Position numbers and translations under genes: made by a program
Source: Azolla caroliniana
Taxonomy: Eukaryota > Plantae > Polypodiophyta
Assembly (NCBI GenBank): GCA_043228905.1
Contig: JBHGNT010000003.1
Location: 19,220,001 to 19,284,000, forward strand
Length of the DNA stretch: 64,000 nt
Direction: 5' to 3'
Shown: piece by piece, positions 1 through 9,231 of the stretch
Layout: every line of letters starts with the position of its first letter
Numbering within the stretch: position 1 is the first letter of the stretch
The notes under the pieces: model-generated
Database searches by the model: none
Seen by the model: the letters and a program-made list of their open reading frames with translations, nothing else
What the model was told of the DNA's origin: nothing

Positions 1-2226
1 TTTCCATATTTCTTGGCGTATTACTTTATTGCGGTCCTCATGAGAGATTAAAGTGTTATCAATCGTGTGGTTGTACCTAAGGGGAGGTAGGTTATTAATG
101 TCTAGAAGATTCGCAAGAAGCCAACTCACCATCATGCCATACCATGAGCTAGTATAGCCGGACTCATACAGTGATCGAGAGGCCTTAAAGGCTTGATGAG
201 ATATTCTATCATGTGGTTGGCTATGTATCCTGTGAATAAAGACTACAAGTTGGAAAAGTGCCTCTACTAACATTGGGGGTAACGTGAACTCAACCCTAAT
301 AATGTCATGTGGTATTGTTGATTTGCTTTGGAGTTGGCATGATAACATCATCACCAATGGTCTCTCTAATTGTGTCCACATGAAAGATGGTAATCCTGGA
401 GCCCAAACCGTTGATGCATACATGAGGGAGGAGGTCACTAATGAGTCAAAGAGCCACCCTTTAGTCTGTGGCTCTTGAAAGTATGCTTGGTGGCATTGTC
501 TCTCAAGTAGTGAGAGGGATGCATGTCCTCTCGTAAGTCTATCCTTCGCTGCCTGTGTCATCGAAAATTTACCTGAGCGGGCACTGAAAGTGACTTCGAG
601 ATAGACATATGATCCAACCACCTCAACTGGGCCATGGGAGATAGTTAGGTGACACTTAGCTCTAACTTGGGCCGATGTGTGGAAGATAAGGACTTTAGTT
701 TTCCCTAGATTCACTACCAATCCTCGTTGTGCACAAAAGTCATCTAAGACATTAAGGTGCCTTTGTAGGTTGTGTTCAAATTCAGAGAGCAAAACTATGT
801 CATCTACATAGAGCGAGATATGAACCTACGTATTCCCAAGGACTACTCCGTTGCCTCCCTTATGAGCAATAAAATCTATGATCTCATCAATGTAGATCCC
901 AAAAAGTGTCAGTGATAGGGGGAAACCTTGTTTTACACCAATAATGTTAGTGAAACAATTAGATAGGCCACCTGGGCGTCGGACACACCCAGACACTTGT
1001 TCATATAGTGTGTAGATGGCCTAGACCATATCATTTGGTATCCTCAAGCTTTTAAGCCTATCAAACAACCGCTCTCTTGGGACTGTGTCAAAGGCTTTGT
1101 GGAAGTCCACAGAACAACAATATAATTTCTTCTTGCGAGCCTTAGTTTGGTCAATTAAGCATCTAAGTGTGAAGATATGATCAATAGTGGAGAAGGCTCA
1201 TCTAAAGCCAGCCTATTCAAGTACACGAAGATTTAGGGTCTCCATATAATCGCTAAGCTCTACTTCCATTACTACACAATATAATTTAGGAAGGGTATGA
1301 CCTATCATAATGGTCCTATATGTATTTGGGTCCATTGGGTTCCCCCCTTTATGTATGGGGACCACTGTGTTCATAGTCCATTGTGGTGGAAAACCTTGTG
1401 CGAGGGCACGATTGAAGATTAGAGATAGCAAGGGAGCTAGGCACTCTCTCGCATATATAATGTGTTCTGTTTGCAATCCTGTGTGGTCCATGGACTTCCT
1501 ATGTTGTAATTTCTTTATGGCCTTCGCGACCCTAGAGGTCGTGAAAATTGTCCCTGTGGTAGGCCGGGGTGTGGAAGGCCTTGGAATCGGTGGTTGGTTT
1601 GGGATTTGGTAAAGTCTCTCTGTATATGTGTGCTAGGTTTCTGGATCTTCGATGGGTGTTTGTGGTCTTGGCTCCCGTAGTCTCTTCCATGCCATGGCAC
1701 AATCGCTACTCATGAGCATATGGTAGAGTTCCCAATATTGGGATGCCTCCCACGCTCGTCTCTTACGACGTGTCATCTTGCGCATTTCTTTGCGAGCTTG
1801 TATTTAGGTAATACTAAAACTGAGTTGTGATACTGTAAGTTGTCTATGGAAGTCCCTACAATCCTCATCATACCATTTATTTTGTGGCATAGATCCTGAT
1901 CTACCTTGATTTGAGTGTTTTGTATATGGGAAACTGCTAACTACTGTGGAGTGAAGGATGTGTGTCAGTTTCGTACTAAGGCTTTCTAAAGGTAGGGAGG
2001 GATCAAGGGAGGAGAGCTGGGCCTGACCATGTGGAGAGTATATGTCAGAGAGCTCATGTGTGAAATGTATTGTGGTGTGATGACGTGGTTGACTAGAGTT
2101 GGTGACCTTAGAGATATCACATTTTAGCTTGAAGTATAAGAAACTATGGTTTGCGCCAATAGGGCATGGGGGCACACCCGGAAGGAGTTAATCATGTGGG
2201 TCGCTTCAGGGCGTCCTATTAGATAA

Positions 2227-2985
2227 TCAAGTGCTGTCCCCTCCTCCATGTGGGAAACATGTGAGATCTTCCGAGCTTGGCCACTTGGCTAAACCATTAT
2301 ATATGACCATCCGGTGCTGACTGCCAAGTTCGAGCAGATGATGGCCAAAGCTCATGGCGTCCATACCTTGATCCTTTGAAGTACGTGTGGTGCCTATGTC
2401 TAAAGGATCGACATTTACCATTTCTAGGTTTCTATTCATCTGAAATATTGTACATTGTCGGGATTGGGTTCTTGCATTGAAGTCTCCTACAAGGAATACT
2501 TCTCCTTGGGAAGAATATTGGATTATGTCATCCGATAGAGGTTTGTATGGGGAAGGCCCATGTGGCATTCCTTCATCGACTAATCTCGCCAAGCCAGCAG
2601 TATTATAACGGGATCCTTTTGGGCGAAAGTAACAAATGGCGAAAAATACTACCTGGTCCTTGCTTGTGGACACTTTCACCCACATAAAATGAGCTTTTGG
2701 GTCTGTCCTCAGTATTTCTATCCTATTATGTAGTTCTCTCCGAAACAGTATCGCAACACCTCCAGATCCCTTGGTAGTGTGTCGACGTGAGGTTTGTCTA
2801 AAAGCGGACTCCCAACGGAATCCTTCGACTTGTGGGAGTCCTCTATTTGGGCTTTGATGTGTTTCTACCAAGAAAAGTATATCTGATACCTTTAACATCT
2901 CCTCTAGGCGACTAGGGTGTGTCCAGAGTGCGCCGTTACAATTCCATAAGGTCATCCTAAGTGTATTTTCTGTCACATGGGCCAC
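2227..2985 (-). pseudogene. LINE ORF2 N-terminal APE-type endonuclease
   Basis: Canonical APE motifs WN, ET, GGVA and GDFNA in the ORF track. Confidence 0.85.
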
Positions 2986-2991
2986 ACGCCG

Positions 2992-3609
2992 TCAATTAAT
3001 AGTGCGATAGTTTATGATCACTCGCTTGTCTCGGTAAAAGGCGTGATGCCCTTCTTTACGAGCTTGCATAACTTGTGGCATACAACTCTTGCGAGGTCTT
3101 AGTGAGGTCTTAGTGAGATCTTCATCAAGATAGATAGGGTCCCCATCCAATCCTCGAAGAATTGGTCTCTTCTTAAAGAAAGTGATTCTAGAGTCTAAGT
3201 CTTTAAATTGAAGGACTAAGGCTCTCTTCCTAGTTGTGTCACGTTCGGCCCTCTAGGATTTGGTGATAAGTAGGGCCTCTATGTACCCTAACATTTTCCC
3301 AAGTGTTTGTGCATCCTCGTCTGGGGATGCACCTTCCTTGATCCCAATGACACGTACATTTAAGCGTTGGGCCTGACACATATTCTCTTCTTCAAGGGTG
3401 GTATTAACAATATTTTCATCTTTTATTTCTTTTTTAATGTTTCTTTTAATCACGTTTACCCAACCCGTTTTAGCTAACTCTATGTTATTTTTAACTTCCT
3501 CTTTAACTTTTTTAATCTCGTCCTTTATATCCTCTATGGAGGATATTTCACCGTCCTCTCCAAATACCTCGATGTCATTAAGTTGTTTTTTAAGGTTGGT
3601 GTTTTCCAC
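2992..3609 (-). pseudogene. LINE ORF1 remnant (coiled coil plus RRM/CTD-like region)
   Basis: K/E-rich heptads, LNVRVIGIKE, and downstream DLT..ARKEG..AFYRD-like residues directly upstream of ORF2. Confidence 0.65.
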
Positions 3610-3934
3610 TTTCAGTTTTTCTATTTTAGCCTTGAGGGCATCTTTTTCCTCTATCTTTTTTCTTGTGGGTTTCAGTGTCTTTCGCCCATTTTTTCATATC
3701 CATCTCTATTTTTGTTAAACGGTTAAACATATCTAAAAAGTCCTCTTTACTTATAGCCTCGTCTTGTATATCCTTATGTTCCTTAGCTCGTTTAGACATC
3801 ATTGTGGTGTCAACAAGAAAAAGATAAAATAAATGGGTGTGAGACTTAGCCGAGTTTGTGTGTATGTCGTAGTCACATCAACATTTCGTCGGTTCGTATG
3901 AAGCACACTATGAGAACGCCGAAAGAACCCACGA

Positions 3935-4255
3935 ATGGGTGAAACCCACACACCTCAAAGATCCAACGATGCGCACTTTACAATGGCAAGAATGCAGCAG
4001 ACAACGACGGACGCAAATGATAGCGTGGCAGCAGACGACGGCAGGCGACACCACACAACAACCGACACCGCACGGCAACCGACGATGGTGCGACAACGAA
4101 CTGCTATGTCGTCGTCGTTATCACAAATGGGGCGACTGATGACAATGGTTGGCGACAGAAGACAACAAATGGCCGCAGACGATGGCAGGCAACACCACAT
4201 GGCAACAGACGACGGTGCGACAACGAATTGTTGTGTCATCATTATCACAACGGCT

Positions 4256-4258
<3 letters not shown>
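3935..4258. repeat. GAC/CAA-rich repeat 'X' with an internal duplication; second copy at 33936-34104
   Basis: gcaac.gacga.ggtgcgacaacgaa..g.t.tgtc.tc.t..ttatcacaa occurs at ~4074 and ~4202. The copy at ~33936-34104 ends in the same atcacaacggcta followed by (GA)n. Confidence 0.7.

Positions 4259-4324
<66 letters not shown>
4259..4324. repeat. (AG)n microsatellite, the tail or target site of LINE B copy 1
   Basis: Pure AG run of ~66 bp. Confidence 0.98.
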
Positions 4325-4329
<5 letters not shown>

Positions 4330-5441
4330 ATTATCGTCTTCGGAGGTCAAATATGATCTATGAGACCAAAAATATTACATTTCATGTGATACATGTGAAA
4401 GTGAGTAGTGACTCTCGATGTTCAATAACTTTACCAATGAATGTTGCAATCGAGAGTGCACATTGTGGTTGTGAGAGGAATTCATGCAAGGATTGGGCTC
4501 AGTCGAAGAGATGTGGAAAGCATGGTTGAATATGATTAAAGGCAGAGCATTGTATCCAAGTGTGATACTCAGACTCGCGAACTTGTTTAGGGCAAAGTGT
4601 GCATAGCTGACCACTTTCATCACTTGTGCCCTAACACCCTGTCTCACATCGCAATGCATGTGAGCTAAGTCGCATGGAAACAATGGTTCGAGTGCTAGAT
4701 AACGGTATGGGCTCTAACATGTATCGATGTGTACGATTTCCCCGTTCCGCAAAGAATATGGTTTTGTAGTTAGGTGCAACATGTGTAGTATAATGTGTGA
4801 AGCGTGAGCCTCCACATTTGTCCCATGTCATGATACATTGGCGTTGCAAAAAGGCCTTATTTACAGAGGAATCTAGTGATGCATCATGAAGCAAGTGTCT
4901 CACATCCTATCTACCAAACTATTTTTCTATATCTTGCATCCAACTGGAACACAAAATTTTGCTTTTATGCATCTTTTGGATCTTTTTGCTTGCTTCCCAT
5001 GCAATTCTAGGAAGTCGATGTGAGGGGCTTTTTTGAAGCTTAAGCATGTATTCAACAACCCTTTCCATGGCCATGATCTCAATGGGAAGCGATCCCGTCT
5101 CAAGGAGGAGGGTGTAGGGTGTTTGTTTCTTATCTTGTAGAAATTTTGTAAGAAAATGTTTTTGGACATTTTTAAACTCTTTCCACATAGATTTAGGGAT
5201 GCTACCGCCCCATACTTCCACCCCATAGAGAAGAACCGGTGTCACAAAAGTGTGGAGAAGATATTTCTTGAGGACCCATCCCTTAATATCTCCAAGATTG
5301 CATATGTTCTCAAATACATAGTATGCTCGCTTACCCGCCTCTAAGTGGCGTGTAGCACATTCATTCCATCTATGATTTGAAGGAACTTCGAGGCCAAGAT
5401 ATTTGAAGCTTTCCAGACATTCAAGTGGCTCATTGTTGTAC

Positions 5442-5443
<2 letters not shown>
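4325..5443 (-). mobile_element. LINE family B copy 1, 5'-truncated
   Basis: Colinear with 5500-6620; (AG)n on both sides. Confidence 0.92.
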
Positions 5444-5479
<36 letters not shown>

Positions 5480-5499
5480 TAGATAGATAGATAGATAGA
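5444..5499. repeat. (GA)n(TAGA)n compound microsatellite, the 3' tail of LINE B copy 2
   Basis: Directly visible. Confidence 0.95.
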
Positions 5500-8430
5500 T
5501 TATATTATCGTCTTCGGAGATCAAATATGACCTATGAGACCAAAAATATTACATTTCACGTGATACGTGTGAAAGTGAGTAGTGACTCTCGATGTTCAAG
5601 AACTTTACCAATGAATGTTGCAATCGAGAGTGCACATTGTGGTTGTGAGAGGAATTCATGCAAAGATTGGGCTCGATCGAAGAGATGTGGAAAGCATGGT
5701 CGAATATGATCAAAGGCAGAGCATTGTATCAAAGTGTGATACTCAGACTCGCGAACTTGTTTAGGGCAAAGTGTGCATAGCCGACCACTCTCATCACTTG
5801 TACCCCAACGCCCTGTTTCACATCGCAATGCATGTGAGCTAAGTCGCATGGAAGCAATGGTTCGAATGGCAGATAACGGTATGGGCTCTAACATGTATGG
5901 ATGTGTACGATTTCCCCGTTCCGCAAAGAATATGGTTTTGTAGTTAGGTGCAACATGTGTAGTATAATGTGTGAAGCGTGAGCCTCCACATTTGTCCCAT
6001 GTCATGATACATTGGCGTTGCAAAAATGCCTCATTTACAGAGGAATCTAATGATGCATCATGAAGCAAGTGTCTCGCATCCCATCTACCAAACCATTTTT
6101 CTATATCTTGCATCCAACCGGAACACAAAATTTTGCTTTTATGCGTCTTTTGGATCTTTTTGCTTGCTTCCCACGCAATTCTAGGAAGTCGATGTGAGGG
6201 ACTTTTTTGAACCTTAAGCATGTATTCAACAACCCTTTCCATGGCCATGATCTCAATGGGAAGCGATCCCGTCTCAAGGAGGAGCAGGGTGTAGGGCGTT
6301 TGTTTCTTAACTTGTAGAAACTTGGTAAGAAAATGCTTTTGGACATTTTCAAACTCTTTCCACATAGACTTAGGGATGCTACCGCCCCATACTTCCACCC
6401 CATAGAGAAGAACTGGTGTCACCAAAGTGTCAAAAAGATATTTCTTGAGGACCCAACACTTAATATCTCCAAGATTGCATGTGTTCTCAAATGCATAGTA
6501 TGCTCGTTTGCCCGCCTCTAAGCGGCGTGTAGCACATTCATTCCATCTATGATTTGAAGGAACTTCAAGGCCAAGATATTTGAAGCTTTCCACACATTCA
6601 AGTGGCTCATTGTTGTACATAATGCATGGTTTATCTCTTTTTTGGCTCTTCACAAGCATACTCTTTGTTTTAGAGCTATTGACACTTAATTTAGTATGCA
6701 TGCAAAATTTTTCCAATGCCTTCATAAGCTTTTGTGCATCTCCTAAAGTATTTGCAAAAAGCACTACGTCATCTGCATATAGCAAAAGCATAATCACAAC
6801 ATTCCCAATGGCAACTTCTTCAACACATTCTTCCTTTGCAAACTTGGTAACCATTTCTTCCAATTCATCAATGCATAGACCAAATAGTGTTAGTGAGAGT
6901 GGGCATCCTTGCTTAACACCAATAGTGCTTTTGAAAAAATCTGAAAGTTTATCTTTCATGCGCACACAACATATAACCTTCTCATAAATTCGGGAAATTG
7001 CAAGCATATATTCACTTGGCACCTCAAGTTCTTCCATTCGCCTCCAAAGATGCTCACGAGGTACCATATCAAAAGCTTTCTTGAAGTCTACAAAGCAACA
7101 ATATAAACCTTTACCTCTAAGGCGACTTTCCTCCATTAATACTCGAAGGGTGATAAGGTGATCAATGGTGCTATGGTGTTTCCGAAAGCCAGCTTGTCCA
7201 TAAGCTCTCTTACCACTTTTTTCAGCCCATACACTTATCTTTGATTCCATTATACATCCAAATAGTTTTGCCATTAATGAGCCAACCATGATGGTTCGAT
7301 AGTTGTTTACATTATTTATATCTCCACCTTTATGTAAAGGTTTGATCCAATTTGTAGTCCAATCGTACGGCATACCATGTTGCAATGCATCATTAAACAT
7401 ATCGCTTATCCATATATGTGCTTCCTTTCCCGTCCATTTGAGCATTTCAGCCTTTATACATTGAAGATCGCTTGCCTTTCGAGAGGCCAATTTCTTAAGT
7501 CCTATGCATATATCTTCAATTGTAAAGAAGGAAGGCATATGTGAAAGAGAACCATAACACATCATCTTTCCGGCAAGAGATAACTCATATAAATTCTTAC
7601 AATGCATAGACAAGTCGTGAAGAGTTAAGTCACCATAACTCTCAACACGTTTTCCCTTTAGATTTCCCCAAAATTTAGCACATGCATGTGCTTTCTCTTG
7701 TGTTTGGATAAATTGTTGAGTAACTTCCCATATTCTTCTCTTTCTTTGAATAAGCCTTTTATACTCATGCAAATGCTTTTGGTAATTCTCTTTATCCTTA
7801 ACTACATCCAAAACCATAAGGCACTTTCGAGCTTCACGACATTCTTTATCAAATCATTTTTTCCTAAGTTTCTTGGTGCATTTCCAAGATGTGCGGTTGG
7901 TTGAAAAACATTTGTTTGTACATGAGAGAATGACTTTCTTGAAAGCTTCCCATTTGCATTCTAGTGTGGCACCATGTTGTATCTTTGTCATTTGTAACAT
8001 ATCCTCAACCATCTTGGAATACATGGGTGCTCACTTAAGGTTCATGCTCAAGTGCGGTTGTTTATTATCTTCAATAGCCTTCTCACAATCAAACCTATGC
8101 ATACATTTGAGATCAATACATAAAGGCCTATGATCTGATTCCGGTGTCCATTCACCAAGTGAGAATTTATGTATACGATCCAAAATACCTTCGGAAAGTA
8201 GCACATAATCAATCACACTATTTCCGTTGTATTTTCTACATGTAAAACCATTAGTGTTGGGCCATAAGGAAATACCATTTGCAATAAGCAATCCGGTACT
8301 ATTGCACATTTGTAGGAGTAACTTCCCAAATTGGTCCGGATCTTTTTCATCGCTAGAAGAGCGGTTATACATTTGCATATCCTCTTGCATCCTTGAGATA
8401 TGTGGCATGAAAGATTCTTGTGAATCAAGT
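5500..8430 (-). mobile_element. LINE family B copy 2 (RTE-X-like), 5'-truncated within the endonuclease
   Basis: Endonuclease C-terminal part at 8031-8408 (FTC..SVIDY..SDHRPL), in the same frame as the RT ORF. Short 3' UTR followed by a (TCTA)n(TC)n tail. Confidence 0.92.
5556..7817 (-). CDS. LINE ORF2 reverse transcriptase plus C-terminal Cys/His domain (753-aa open segment)
   Basis: QAGFR, DFKKAFD, GVKQGCPLS, LLYADD, FKYLG; C-terminus RLSSHALRCETGRW..RLCTLC..EYH..C. Confidence 0.9.
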   Translation of the reverse strand: MVLDVVKDKENYQKHLHEYKRLIQRKRRIWEVTQQFIQTQEKAHACAKFWGNLKGKRVESYGDLTLHDLSMHCKNLYELSLAGKMMCYGSLSHMPSFFTIEDICIGLKKLASRKASDLQCIKAEMLKWTGKEAHIWISDMFNDALQHGMPYDWTTNWIKPLHKGGDINNVNNYRTIMVGSLMAKLFGCIMESKISVWAEKSGKRAYGQAGFRKHHSTIDHLITLRVLMEESRLRGKGLYCCFVDFKKAFDMVPREHLWRRMEELEVPSEYMLAISRIYEKVICCVRMKDKLSDFFKSTIGVKQGCPLSLTLFGLCIDELEEMVTKFAKEECVEEVAIGNVVIMLLLYADDVVLFANTLGDAQKLMKALEKFCMHTKLSVNSSKTKSMLVKSQKRDKPCIMYNNEPLECVESFKYLGLEVPSNHRWNECATRRLEAGKRAYYAFENTCNLGDIKCWVLKKYLFDTLVTPVLLYGVEVWGGSIPKSMWKEFENVQKHFLTKFLQVKKQTPYTLLLLETGSLPIEIMAMERVVEYMLKVQKSPSHRLPRIAWEASKKIQKTHKSKILCSGWMQDIEKWFGRWDARHLLHDASLDSSVNEAFLQRQCIMTWDKCGGSRFTHYTTHVAPNYKTIFFAERGNRTHPYMLEPIPLSAIRTIASMRLSSHALRCETGRWGTSDESGRLCTLCPKQVRESEYHTLIQCSAFDHIRPCFPHLFDRAQSLHEFLSQPQCALSIATFIGKVLEHRESLLTFTRIT

Positions 8431-8448
8431 TGGAAATGGAAATGGAAA

Positions 8449-8813
8449 TGATATTATATTATGAGAAAACAAGGTTACAAAGAGTTACTAGGATTTAGGG
8501 CTAAAGACTGGTGTTGAACCGAATGAGTTGTGATGAATTTATAGACACCTATTTATAGATCCTTATGGAGTATTCTAGAATGTTCTAGAATATTTAAGAT
8601 ATTTATGATAATAAATATAATCATGAAATATTCAAGAATGTTCTAGAATAATCTAGAATGTTCAAGAATATTCCAAATATCTTGTAATCACTAAAAATAT
8701 AATTATTATAACTATACATCATATATGTTATTACAATGATTAAAGGTTCAACACATAGACCAAGAATTTGTGGGTTCGACTCCTCATAAGCTAAAATGTA
8801 TGTCTTCATGACA
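8449..8813 (-). repeat. 3' LTR of the Tcn1-like element (distal end uncertain)
   Basis: Starts TGTCATGA right after the PPT. TATAAATA at 8557-8550. Homologous fragment at ~52540-52770. Confidence 0.75.
8573..8673 (-). promoter_or_regulatory. Heat-shock-element (nGAAn/nTTCn) arrays in LTR U3
   Basis: TTCtaGAAtgTTCtaGAA at 8573-8590; TTCaaGAAtgTTCtaGAAtaATCtaGAAtgTTCaaGAAtaTTC at 8631-8673. Both lie upstream of the minus-strand TATA box. Confidence 0.65.
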
Positions 8814-9231
8814 TTATCCCCCCTCTTCGATGATGAGTTGCACGAGTTGGAAGACAAGAGTTCGGACTTGGTTTATGGGGATATTTTTTGTGGAATGCAA
8901 CAACCATGTTAGAGGCATTAGCAAGATGTTCGATAGGCTCCCATGTTCGATCATTAGGTGTATAACCTAACCAATCAACCAAATAATATAGTTTGTTGCG
9001 GATGATCTTGGAGTTGAGAATGGCAGCAACCTCATATTTTGAGCCATTGGAAACTTCGATTGGAGGTGGGGGTGTTGTAAGACGACCCGAAATAGAGCTT
9101 GGTCTGTAGGGTTCCAAAAGTGAAACATGGAAGACTAGGTGAAGACGCATATAAGGAGGAAGATCAAAGTGAAATGTCACATCATTGATCTTACCAGAGA
9201 TCACATATGGGCCGAAACGTTGATAATCCAA
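8806..9231 (-). pseudogene. Integrase GPY/F module plus type I chromodomain
   Basis: FGPY..VFHVSLL..YEVAAIL..YYLVDWLGY..RTWEP; the aromatic-cage Y/W/Y residues are retained. Confidence 0.88.

Larger units (their letters stand above)
1..3700 (-). mobile_element. Degenerate two-ORF LINE, family A (RTE-X/CR1-like); continues past the left window edge
   Basis: Coiled-coil ORF1 remnant (3253-3609, continuing to ~2992). APE endonuclease 2227-2985 (LWNCNG, LVETH, GSGGVA, VGDFNART). RT fragments (1213-1491 PIHKGG..TYRTI; a GVKQG-like motif near 930). Multiple stops and frameshifts. Confidence 0.85.

Noticed and set aside
3935-4529. ORFs with RERERE/LSLSLS runs here and in the LTRs
   Set aside because: They are translations of (AG)n microsatellites.
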